Of a DNA stretch of 61,758 nt, positions 1 through 10,827 are shown piece after piece. The stretch is from NCBI GenBank assembly GCA_002269645.1, contig NIVC01004073.1, positions 1 through 61,758 of the forward strand, read 5' to 3'. Position numbers and translations under genes: made by a program. Source of the stretch: Macrostomum lignano. Its lineage: Eukaryota. The stretch's first letter is position 1. Every line of letters begins with the position of its first letter. Under the pieces are notes generated by a model. It ran no database searches. It saw only the letters and a list, made by a program, of their open reading frames with translations, and was not told the DNA's origin.

Positions 1-444
1 GCAGTCGGGTTTTATTACTGAATAAAACCGCAATGACAAGTAGTGCAATAAGAATGATGCCAGCAAAATGAAATGTTAAATTACGAATAGGAAAAAAGTA
101 CAAAAAAGCTGAAAATTGCGATTGGGTAACAGCAGCTATTCCTTCTAAGTTGCAATGCAATTCAAACATTCATAATGTATGCTTTTGTTGTAGTAGGACA
201 TGGCAGCTGGTCGCTCTCATGAGGAAGCTCACGTGAAGACTATAAATGAAACATCAATTCAATAGATCAAATCGAAAGACATGAAAAGCATTATTAAACT
301 TCATCATAAAAATTGAATAAAATAGAAAACGAACTTTGCGATCTGTTCCGATAAAGCAGTCAATAATTGCTCAATTTTCAACCGACTTTGGACTTTTTCG
401 CTGCTAAATACGGAGAACGCTGTTGGAGGGAGCCTTCAGCCAGT

Positions 445-3412
445 TCAGATGTCGCCCTCGACTGAAGTAGAGTTATAAAACAGTCAAAACTGTGACATGT
501 GCGCTATTTATCTAGGAAACAGGCTGAATAAACTTACACAGCAATCGGGGATTGCGAAAGCAGACTCTGCTGCCGGCCGTGGGACAGGAAACCTTCAGAC
601 AGAAGGGCCGGTAGGCCTCCGCCGCCCCTGATGCAGACTGGACGGCCGCGATCGGCAGGCTGAGCAGCTCGTACTTGGACAGCCCGGCCCGAGGACCGCT
701 AGAATTAATATAAATGAGACTTTGCACTTGCTCTACAGACTACTATAAGTAAACAGGATTTTGTTAGAGATGGTTGGAAATTTTAAGCAATAAAGATAAA
801 CACGAAAGAATTGGGGCGATAGAAAATTCGAGGTTAGGAAGGGAGGAGCGTCTGAAGACAGGAAGAGGGGGCAGAGGACAGGAAGAGGTGATAAAAGACA
901 GGAAGAGAAGAGGGGACAGAGGACAGGAAGAGGTGATAAAAGACAGGAAGAGAAGAGGGACAGAGGACAGGAAGAGGTGATAAAAGACAGGAAGAGGGGA
1001 CAGAGGACAGGAAGAGGTGATAAAAGACAGGAAGAGGGACAGAGGACAGGAAGAGGTGATAAAAGACAGGAAGAGGGGACAGAGGACAGGAAGAGGTGAT
1101 AAAAGACAGGAAGAGGGGACAGAGGACAGGAAGAGGTGATAAAAGACAGGAAGAGGGGACAGAGGACAGGAAGAGGTGATAAAAGACAGGAAGAGGGGAC
1201 AGAGGACAGGAAGAGGTGATAAAAGACAGGAAGAGGGGACAGAGGACAGGAAGAGGTGATAAAAGACAGGAAGAGGGGACAGAGGACAGGAAGAGGTGAT
1301 AAAAGACAGGAAGAGGGGACAGAGGACAGGAAGAAGGTGATAAAAGACAGGAAGAGGGGACAGAGGACAGGAAGAGGTGATAAAAGACAGCAATTAAGTA
1401 GAGAAAACTCAAAATCAACATTTTAGTTTCTTAGACTTTTGCCAATGCATTTCGACCACAATCGGTCATCTTCAGGGCAGACACGTCAATTAATCACGCA
1501 GAACCATGTTATAGATATTTATTTAGGAAATGAAAACTGTACAATGCCAAGTGCAAATCAATTTCGGTCCAGTCCGGTTAACAAGAGAAAAAAAACCTGA
1601 ATAAAGTTCGACGAGACTGCCAACCTAGCTAAAACACATTGAGCTGGCGGCTTGCACCCCCATGGTTAACTGCTGTTCAAAATTGGTTTCTGAGCCTTAA
1701 TGTACATAGCCTCGAGAATGTTAAATTTGTTTTCTTTGCTACAAGAATCGATCACTTTAAACATATCACAACAGCTCTTATTGCAGCAGGAGTTGCACGT
1801 GAGAAGGTGCTCATTGATGGCAGAATTTCTAATCCAATGTTCCTTAACCCTTGTGTACAAGTGTCGCTTGGTTTTACCAATGTAGGAGATGTTCTGATCC
1901 ACAGAACAATGAAATTTATAGACGACACCTGCAACAAGTGGTCCAGGAACACGGGACTTCAACCTGCAGACAAACTGAGCAATCTTTTCCGTACGGAACA
2001 AAACCCGGAGCTGGAAATCAATGTGACTTCTAAATAAATTTTCCACTTTCTTCCCAAACTCCATGGAGCAGAGGCCTAAATAAGGCACCACAATAACGGG
2101 ACTACGATCATTACTGAGATCATTCTTCTTGAGTATGATTTTGACCAGAAAACTTCTTGCAGAGAAACCTATTAATGATGCCGGAAATATGGCCACGAGG
2201 GTATCCATTCATCATGAACAGCCGAGTAAGCTGCTCCAGCTCATCATGAAAAAGCTTCCAGACAAAAGACAGGAAGAAGTGACAGAAGATAGGAAGAGGG
2301 GACAGAAGACAGGAAGGAGCGACAGAAGACGGAAGAGGTGACAGAAGACAGGAAGAGGTGACAGAAGACAGGAAGAGGCGACAGAAGACAGGAAGAGGTG
2401 ACAGAAGACAGGAAGAGGGGACAGAAGACAGGAAGAGGGGACAGAAGACAGGAAGAGGTGACAGAAGACAGGAAGAGGTGACAAAAGACAGGAAGAGGTG
2501 ACAGAAGACAGGAAGAGGTGACAAAAGACAGGAAAAGGTGACAGAAGACAGGAAGAGGTGACAGAAGACAGGAAGGAGCGACAAAAGACAGGAACTGAAG
2601 CGACAGAAGACAGTGATGGCAAACAAAGAAGGAATGGTTATTGGGTCGGTTATCATAAAAGCACTCACTCTCCCAGGCACAGCTGGCACTGTCTCCATGT
2701 GAGCCACATCTGCCGATAATCTGTCTGGTTGAGCAGGCTGGGTGCATTGTTGTGCGCGACCACCTCAGGATCCAGAGTTGATCGCAGAATGCAGCGCGAG
2801 TTTCCGAAGGCACCAATAGTTGCCTCATAGTCAACCTATTAGGGGTAATGGACAGCTCATTCATTAACAACTTGGAAAAGTAAACTTGCATTAGCATCTA
2901 AATTTAACAACTCTTAAAAAAATAAAATTATTCCCACTAAAAAATAAATACTTTTATACATATTTAGTGTTATATTTATATGTTGAATTAAGGCCCTACC
3001 ATTTCCTGTGGTCCACAAAGAGAAATGACAGCATCTGAGAATCCTTTCACATCAAATAGCACACCAACACTATGCTTCACTTCGGTTGAGCGGCATAGAT
3101 AGTCTGGCGATTTCGATGCAATCACCTCTGAAATAAAAAAATCAATTTAAACTGTCATGTATAGTTGCAACTGTAAATATAAAAGTAAAAAGTAAAATTA
3201 CATCAAACAGTAAACTAAGAAGTCTTTGCCCCACTTCTATTGATTTCTAATTAACAAACCTACCGATTTTTTAAATTTTGACTTTCTAAATTTGTATATT
3301 TTTACTGGCTAGCTAGGATGGGCTGTTTGCATTCTGGAACTGATAATAGTTAGTAAAGAACATTGCACTTACCAATGTATTGAGAGACATTTCGAGAGGG
3401 TGAACAACCCAT
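445..3412 (-). CDS. FAMeT-like (Methyltransf_FA) single-domain protein, 5 exons, 170 aa, N-terminal MGCSPS
   Basis: Exons 3412-3373, 3127-3000, 2835-2669, 698-538 and 461-445 all have GT/AG ends and consistent phases. Translation: MGCSPSRNVSQYIEVIASKSPDYLCRSTEVKHSVGVLFDVKGFSDAVISLCGPQEMVDYEATIGAFGNSRCILRSTLDPEVVAHNNAPSLLNQTDYRQMWLTWRQCQLCLGDGPRAGLSKYELLSLPIAAVQSASGAAEAYRPFCLKVSCPTAGSRVCFRNPRLLFEGDI*. FDVKGFSDAVISL, YEATIGAFGNSRCILR and YRQMWLTW match the remembered FAMeT pattern FxVKAxxDAHIAL, YEVxIGGWxNxKSxIR, FRxFWIxW. Confidence 0.7.
845..1390. repeat. Purine-rich minisatellite, 40-bp unit made of two 20-bp subunits
   Basis: GACAGGAAGAGGTGATAAAA-GACAGGAAGAGGGGACAGAG repeated. It explains ORFs 764..1393, 774..980 and 834..1421. 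Confidence 0.95.
1391..2260 (-). mobile_element. 5'-truncated Penelope-like retroelement (RT C-terminus plus GIY-YIG endonuclease), frameshifted
   Basis: WKLFHDELEQLTRLFMMNGYPRGHISGIINRFL is the RT thumb region. After a frameshift near 2150 come VPYLG, GVVYKFHC...SYIGKTKRHLYTRVKEH...SAINEH and ILEAMYIKAQKPILN, the PLE GIY-YIG pattern. A hammerhead motif lies in the 3' UTR. Confidence 0.9.
1433..1487 (-). ncRNA. Minimal type I hammerhead ribozyme (PLE-type)
   Basis: The minus strand reads UGCC-CUGAAGA-U-GACC gauugu GGUC-GAAA-UGCAU-U-GGCA: core boxes, 4-bp stem II, palindromic AUGCAU stem III and UGCC/GGCA stem I. Confidence 0.65.
2261..2612. repeat. 20-bp minisatellite related to the 845-1390 array
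   Basis: GACAGAAGACAGGAAGAGGT repeated. Confidence 0.95.
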
Positions 3413-5459
3413 TCTGGGGCTTTAATATAAGCAAATACTTAGCTTTCTTAGCTTAACTTCACAGTAAATTAAAAAAAATTTTTTACTATTACAAATATAA
3501 ATTAGAACAAGTTACAGACAGACGTGAGACAGTCAGTCAATGGACAACTAAGTTGTTCAGATCAACAACAGCTTGCTTGGTACTGTATTAATTTTCCGAA
3601 AGTTTGTAAAATATTTTATGAACAAGCTCTACTTTATGTCTGTTTCACTTGTGCCACGAATATTAGGGTTAAAGAAAAACAGAATAATTAACGACTAAAT
3701 AGTACGAACAGGACTTCTAAATCACAACGGGAGCACAAAGGTAAAAAAGAACTTCGACCGTTACTAATATACACACAAAAAACTCACAACAACAGCTCTT
3801 ATGCTGTCAAAACAGTTCTGCAGGCATTTATCATTAAAACTTTACTTCAAAAAGATCAAAGATTTTTTTTATCTTAGCAAGATTTGATTTACTACGCTAA
3901 CATATTCAAAGTTTGATAAGCATGTTGTTTTCTACGAAACAGTATAGATTAATGAGTGACGTGACGTCGGTGACGACCATGCAATCTTACTCTTAATCTT
4001 TGTCTTATGTAAGGCAGTAAGGGTTATGTCCAGGGGCAGTACGTCTATGTATCAGTTTTAGTCCTTATACTCCTAAAAATCTATTTTAATCATTGACTTT
4101 GAAGCATAAGTTAAATTTGGATAAAATTGAAATGAACTTAGCTTTTTAGTCTATTTTAGACTAAACTTAGTCTATTTTAGTGAGTTTTAAATTTGGTAAT
4201 AGTCAATTTTGATAACAAAATTTGGCAATAACTAGTTTCGCAGTAGAATAAGTTAATATAAATATATTATAATAACAATCCTTAATTATTTTAATCTTAT
4301 TTCTTTTATTACATTGGCTATAGTCAAGTCCCAGGGTCAGGATTGTATACTGCTGTATGCCAGAACAAAAACTGCTTCCATAGCTCATGTATGCCAATGG
4401 TATGCCAACAAACTTTTTATTGCATACAGAAATATGCCAAAATAAAAATACAAATTATGACCAATATTAATTAATAGCTTGCAAAATTTTAATATTTAAA
4501 AAATTAATATGTTTAAACTAGTATTTTTTTACTAAACTGTATAGAAGTAGTTTATTTTTACTATTTTTGTTTTACTTTTAACTTCTTAGAAAAGTTAAAT
4601 TGGGTTTTTAAATTTAGTTTGAATCTATTTTTTCATTAAGGGCTAGCTATTCCTTCTAATCAAAATTTAGCTATTGTAAATGTAACTATATGTACATGGA
4701 GACTACACCAAATGTAAACTTAAACATTTTGTATACTAATTGTATAGATTGATGGGGACTCAGAACTTTTAGTCCCACTTACTGTCTTGACAATTTCTAT
4801 ATGCCAAGCTGTAGGCCTATGCCAAAAGGGCACACCAGGTCCCTCTATATATCAAGTTGTATGCAAATGGTGTACTATAAGTCCCTCTGTATGCTGGAAT
4901 TTTCCGGCGTACATGTATACCATCCAGAGTCTGGCTATAGTCATAGATAGTAAAAGGCAATTATAAGTTAAAAGAATATTTGGCACTTGAATATAATAAA
5001 ATTGTAGCATCAATATACAAATCAATGATAAACAAATATTATAATATATTGTAAATTGAAATCTGCAAATGTTGCTGATTAGCATTTGTCTATTATATAA
5101 CTAACTATACTTGTTAATACCATATACAAAAAGAAAGATCTTTAAATATCTCTCCCCTCTATGGCTACTTGTGTCCAGTGCAAGGTGTATTTTGTTATTG
5201 TTATTTTATAATATATCAAAAAACATTGTTGATTGACTTTATACAAAGTATAGGTACAACATAAATTTCATAGATCCCATGCGTGTGACATACATTTACA
5301 TCTGTTGCCTGGTTATAGTATTTTTAGTGCATTTAACTGCATTAAGATAGCCCTAAGTTTGTATATAGCATTTGGAAAAAATATTTAGATGGGTGGGAAG
5401 ATGTCAGAGTGTCAGATGGGAGGACATATTGTCATCAAGTAATCTAAATTGTTAGCTTA

Positions 5460-5630
5460 TCACAATCCTATCAGTTGTGAAACCAGTTGCAGAAAGACAG
5501 ATGCTTGCTGATAAGGGCCAAAATCATATAAAAATTCTGTATGGCACAAGCCACTTCTGCAAAATTGATTGAACACCTGATCTGCATTCATTGCAACCTC
5601 TGGGTGGGTGTGCAACAGAGCCAGGATGAT
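5460..5630 (-). mobile_element. Possible hAT transposase C-terminal dimerisation-domain remnant
   Basis: The non-repeat tail of ORF 5460..6005, LIILALLHTHPEVAMNADQVFNQFCRSG, resembles the remembered hAT pattern LxxLALLxIHxDxxxDxDxIIDxFA. Short and unverified. Confidence 0.35.
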
Positions 5631-6110
5631 AAGCAGCAAGGGTGCCAGCCAGAGCAGCAGGGGTGCCAGCCAGAGCAGCAGGGGTGCCAGCCAGGGCAGC
5701 AGGGGTGCCAGCCAGGGCAGCAGGGGTGCCAGCCAGAGCAGCAAGGGTGCCAGCCAGAGCAGCAGGGGTGCCAGCCAGAGCAGCAGGGGTGCCAGCCAGA
5801 GCAGCAGGGGTGCCAGCCAGGGCAGCAGGGGTGCCAGCCAGAGCAGCAAGGGTGCCAGCCAGAGCAGCAGGGGTGCCAGCCAGAGCAGCAGGGGTGCCAG
5901 CCAGAGCAGCAGGGGTGCCAGCCAGAGCAGCAGGGGTGCCAGCCAGAGCAGCAAGGGTGCCAGCCAGAGCAGCAAGGGTGCCAGCCAGAGCAGCAGGGGT
6001 GCCATTCAGAGCAGCAGGGTGCCAGCCAGAGCAGCAGGGATGCCAGTCAGAGCAGCAAGGGTGCCAGCCAGAGCAGCAGGGGTGCCAGTTAGGACAGCAG
6101 CTCTGGCTGG
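5630..6110. repeat. 21-bp minisatellite
   Basis: CCAGCCAGAGCAGCAGGGGTG repeated. All six frames are open, which explains ORFs between 5460 and 6339. Confidence 0.95.
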
Positions 6111-6949
6111 CACCCTGAAAAATTTCAAAAAGAAAAATTTCTGATCGAACAGTGCAAGTTCGAAGAAAATCGGTCCAGCCGTTCGGGAGAAAATCGATTG
6201 CGCACAAGCAAACATACAAATAACTCATTTTTAGTGTATGGAAATGAAAAAAACTTGAAAAACTAATGCACATGTTTCGGTGTACAGAAGAAATGACTTG
6301 CAGTTTTGGGTCACTCCATGAGAAGGTATGCTCTACCATATCCCAGCCATAAAGTTTTTCGACAATTTCAGATAACTTCGACCGAGAGAATAGTAAAATT
6401 TATTTTGTGTGAAAGTTTTAGAAAATGTGTTTAACTCGACACGAGGATTTTTCACAGTAAATTTCAATTTAAATGACCAATTTAACACATTCGTTCCCGT
6501 TCATTCGACGTGTCTATCTTTAGAATTTGAATGGAAGCAATGAGCAACTGACGTGGTGATTGATCAATGATCAGCACAATGTTTTGCCTGATTTGCTAGT
6601 TGCTTGATTGCAGAGTTTCACTGTTAGGCCTTTGCTGTCAGGATTGGCACGCTGTATCAACTTCCGTTTTGTTAGTTAACGCGCCTCGGTATTATTATCC
6701 TTCTCCCGCAACTGGTCCCTAGGTTTGGCCTGGAACACCACCCACGCACAAATGATGACTTTGAATTGCGCGTGATTTTAAATCGGTTTCTTTAATCCGC
6801 TTCACAATTGTGTCTTAGTTGGTTGCTGAAACAAAATCTAAATTTTTCTTATCCTCTCCGGACTTCATCCAATCAAGTGTTGTGTGGCGCATTCGTGTGT
6901 CTTCCGAGCACGAGCTCAGTCCGACAAAGTTATGATTTCGCAGCTATCC

Positions 6950-7025
6950 GGCCTATCCAATCAGCTTTGCCGTTGAATTCTCTATAAAAATGGCAGCACG
7001 GTAGTCGCCGACACAGACGCCAGTC
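6950..7025 (+). promoter_or_regulatory. Putative core promoter of the prohormone-like gene
   Basis: CCAATCAG near 6957, TATAAAA at 6983-6989 and an initiator-like CCAGTC near 7020. A probable 5'UTR intron follows (GTAAGT near 7068, TTTCAG ending near 7153). Confidence 0.5.
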
Positions 7026-7194
7026 TGAAACTGTTGAGAATTGTCCTATTCTCTAAAGTGTCTTCTGGTAAGTGTCTGCTGGCTGTTCAACGTATTCTAA
7101 TAAGTGTTTTTCTACTAGCTGCAAGTTTACAAACCTGCTACTGACCATTTCAGATTCTTCAATATCGAAAGCGCTAACAAAAAGAAGCCAAATC

Positions 7195-7590
7195 ATGCTG
7201 AAGATTCGCGCCGCTTTTGTTGTCCTCCTGCTGACTGCCTGCGTGCTGGCCGGGTTAGTTTTAGTTTGATTTTGTTTATCTAGCATGTATTTTGTGTTGA
7301 AGACACCTGACTATGCAGTGCAATAAGTTGCATTTCTCAATTGCAGCAATTCCGTGTCCGGCAGCGAGGTCTCTAACAATCGGATCTGCCGTCTGATTGA
7401 GGCCATGGCTCGGGTGAGTCTCGGTGCCAGTCGGTTACAAAAGATCCCATATTCGCGCATGAAACATGCAGATTTTCTTGAACTTTTCTTAAACTTGCAG
7501 GTTGCGGACTGCGACTCCGTGCCAGCTGGCATCGACAATGTTTACCTGGGCAAGGCGCTGGAGAAACGCCGCGATCGATTCCGCGGCTGA
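7195..7590 (+). CDS. Secreted peptide prohormone / neuropeptide precursor candidate, 3 exons, 71 aa
   Basis: Exons 7195-7253, 7347-7413 and 7501-7590, with GT/AG introns of 93 and 87 nt and matching phases. Translation: MLKIRAAFVVLLLTACVLAGNSVSGSEVSNNRICRLIEAMARVADCDSVPAGIDNVYLGKALEKRRDRFRG*. It has a signal-peptide-like N-terminus, GK and KR sites and a terminal Gly. Confidence 0.7.
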
Positions 7591-9656
7591 TGGAACGTCA
7601 AAGCTGATTTGACCACAAGACTTGTTTTGTTTCTTCAACATTCTGCCCAGGAACTGAACTGTTCTAAGAATCCCTTCTATTTCCCGACTAAGTCTGTGTA
7701 TTTCGTTTTTTGAACTATCTATAACATTACACTTGAGTTTCTGGAGACTCGCTAGTGATTAGGAGAATGTTTTTTGAACGATATCAACTTTGACGATAAA
7801 AGCACAGCTTGTGATAAACTGAAACTACAAATATAATACACAATTATCGACTGGCTGAGTGAGTCTGTTGCTGACAGTTCTTCAACTGCCCGGTCGAAAG
7901 AGAGAGAGAGTTGTTAAATTGCAAACCATATAATATCTTCCTGTTTGGTCTTGGTTTTTTTACTATAATTGTAAAATCCTTGGTTAGGATCTTGGTCTGA
8001 TTGGACACTTGTCTTCTAGCTTGTTTGGCGTAGTCGATGCTTGTGGTCTAGCTCATTGAGCAATCTACAGTATAATAATGTATTTTGACAATCTTAAAGC
8101 AATTATTTGTCTTCTGTCAGAAGCGCTCTCGCCTACACAAATAATCTACGAAGTAGTTTAGCGTCTTTCAATCGCTATTGATGTGTAATCTTCTTAAGCA
8201 ACACTTTCTTCAGTGCCTTTTAACCAGTAGCATTTCAAATTTTCGTCAGTTAAAACAAAAAATATGCTTAAGGTGTGTGAAAGAGGCTAATGTTAATGTT
8301 AACAGGAGCTTGCGATGGCACAGGCATTGAACAGCAGGGATTGACGTTGGCATTCTTAACTATTTCTGCTGAGAACTGCGTCTTGGCGTTCTTGGTCGCA
8401 TTCAATCCAGCGAAGGTTATCGCTTCAATTCTATCTAGGAGCTGCTGTAATCCCACAACTAAGCCCTGTGCCTTATCATGCAGCTGCGGCGGCAGCTGAA
8501 CCCAAGCCTTGATCTCACTTCTATCGACTCAAAGCTTATCTGCGTGAGCTAAGGAATTAATCGACTTATCATTCGAAAATTACTTTTTTTCGAGTGAGAA
8601 AAAATGAGTTATTGCCTAGTTCAGTTGCAATTTTTTACTAGACTCATTTCCATTTTTTCGCTGCACCAGTTCTTGTACAAAAATAGTGTTGCAACACCGC
8701 TACAGGATCTACAAGTTAGTACTTGAATGTGTCATGTATCGTTGCTTCTGCACACGGCTCTTCTATGATGCATCCTGCACTGCGCTTATGGTTGTCATGC
8801 TTTACGACCTACTCAAAGATATAAGTCAACCGTTTTTACGATTGTAAACTTAAAAAGAAATGAGTTGCTCTTTAAGTTAATGCAGGTATATTGGTGTAAA
8901 GGCACTGAAATGGAACGTCATCCTATCTTCAGTTTTTAAATTCAAAATTCATGCGGCTTATTTATGGAAGTTTTTCATCTTACCAGACCAGACCTTAAGC
9001 TGACGAAGCTTTTGCTTCGGAAATTGCCTTCTTAATTCATTTGCTTTTTTTGCCGATCTGCTAAAACATGAGAATCTTTGGTCAAAGAAACTTGAGCCTT
9101 CGGGGAATTGCAGCTAATTTCCGTGCTAATTAGCACTGTCGAGTAGGATCGGAGCTGTGTTGGAGCGAGTCTTAAACCGCTTTGAGTTATTGTTGGCGCA
9201 GTATGGGGCGAGCAGAAATCCGTTTGATTCCGAAGTGGCTCCTTAATTTCCTTCTTTTTTTACTGAGGCAAGTACTGGAATTTTAATCCTGGATTTCCAC
9301 TGGTCCCTTGGGCATCGGCCTTATTATCCTCACATGATGAGATATGCATCGAGACGCGTTGGATTTATGCCAATTTCCTCCATCTTTTGCGAAGCAGATT
9401 AACCTCAGATTAGATCGATTTGGTCCGAGTCTGAATCCTTAGACCATCTACATTCGATTTTGTGCTAGAAAAGTGAATTTATTATATTTTTGTTGTTTTC
9501 CCTGAAAAAACTCAACTTTTATATGCTTTACAATGATGTAGAATAAATGCTTATCACAATAGTGACCCTTCTAATTGGCAAAACTTCAAAACTCCACCAA
9601 ATACAGATCAAATCACTGCAAGCAATTTCAGCCACCTGACCTATTCGCTCAGTAAA

Positions 9657-10827
9657 ATGTCGCTTGAAGCAATTCGCTACGCCAATGGCGAGCTGTCAAT
9701 TATTGATCAATTGCTTTTGCCGCATCAGACAGTGTACATTCGTATCGCCAGCTGTGAGGAAGCCTGGTCAGCTATTAAAAGGATGCAGGTGCGTAATTTT
9801 GTTACATTGCGTCTTGACATTGAGAGCATACAGCTGCATCTAATCTCTGGATTTCTCAGGTTCGTGGCGCCCCAGCCATTGGCATTGTTGGCAGCTTAGC
9901 CATGGCTGTAGAGCTGAAATCGCCGGACACCCTGTCTCAGGTGGACAGTTCGGCAAAATTGTCCGCCTGGTTAGGCGCCAAATGGGACCGACTGGTGTCG
10001 GCCCGTCCAACTGCCGTCAATCTGCAGGACAGCCGCGAACGGATGTTTCGCCTTCTATCCACCGACTGGTCAGCAATGGACGTAGCCGGTCAGCGTCTGG
10101 CCGCTGTGGAATGGCTGGAGTCGCAGCTGGAACAAGATGTCCGCTCCTGCCGAGCCATTGGAGAGGCTGGCGCCAATGCCCTACTACAAAGTGTCGAAGA
10201 GCGCGGCCTCGTACCGCCTGGTGGCCAAGTGAACGTGCTGACTCACTGCAACACGGGCTCTTTAGCCACCGGAGGCTACGGCACCGCACTAGGCGTTGTG
10301 CGCAGCCTGCACAATCGAGGGCGCTTAGGCCGGATATTCTGCACAGAGACTCGACCCTACAACCAGGGCGCCAGGCTCACAGCCTACGAAATCGTTGCTG
10401 ACGGGCTGCCGGGCACTCTAATCTGCGACAGCATGGTTGCCGCGGCCATGGCAAGCGGCCGAGTGCACGCTGTTGTCCTGGGTGCCGATCGGATCGTGTC
10501 CAACGGCGACACCGCGAACAAGATTGGCACCTATCAGATTGCCGTACTGGCTCGTCATCATTCCATACCGTTCTTCGTGGCGGCGCCTCTTACTAGCATT
10601 GATTTTAGCATGCGCACCGGTTCCGAGATCGTATCGAGGAGCGGCCGTCCGACGAGTTGGCCTGCGTTGCCGGCCAACGAATTGCTTGTCGCGGCATTGA
10701 CATCTGGAATCCGGCGTTCGACGTTACTCCGGCCGAGCTAATCACGGCCATAGTGACGGACACGGGCGTGGTGCCCCCAAATAATGTTGCAGCTCTGGCT
10801 AAGAAGCTGGGGGCCGAACAGGGCTGA
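9657..10827 (+). CDS. MRI1: Methylthioribose-1-phosphate isomerase, 2 exons, one apparent 1-nt deletion at about 10632
   Basis: Exon 9657-9788 ([10 protein letters not shown]...AIKRMQ), intron 9789-9859, then [17 protein letters not shown]-like [47 protein letters not shown] and [10 protein letters not shown]. After the frameshift comes IEERPSDEL...[19 protein letters not shown]. The restored protein is about 366 aa. Confidence 0.95.

Noticed and set aside
8-29. Hairpin GGTTTTATT-actg-AATAAAACC at the window start
   Set aside because: Short and AT-rich, with no Helitron CTRR end or other context. It may arise by chance in the 3' flank of the FAMeT-like gene.
5460-6339. Six overlapping ORFs (EQQGCQP, ASQSSRG, GTPAALA repeats)
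   Set aside because: A 21-bp repeat with no stops in any frame. Unlike the EPEAT locus, I found no in-phase initiating exon or synonymous variation pattern.
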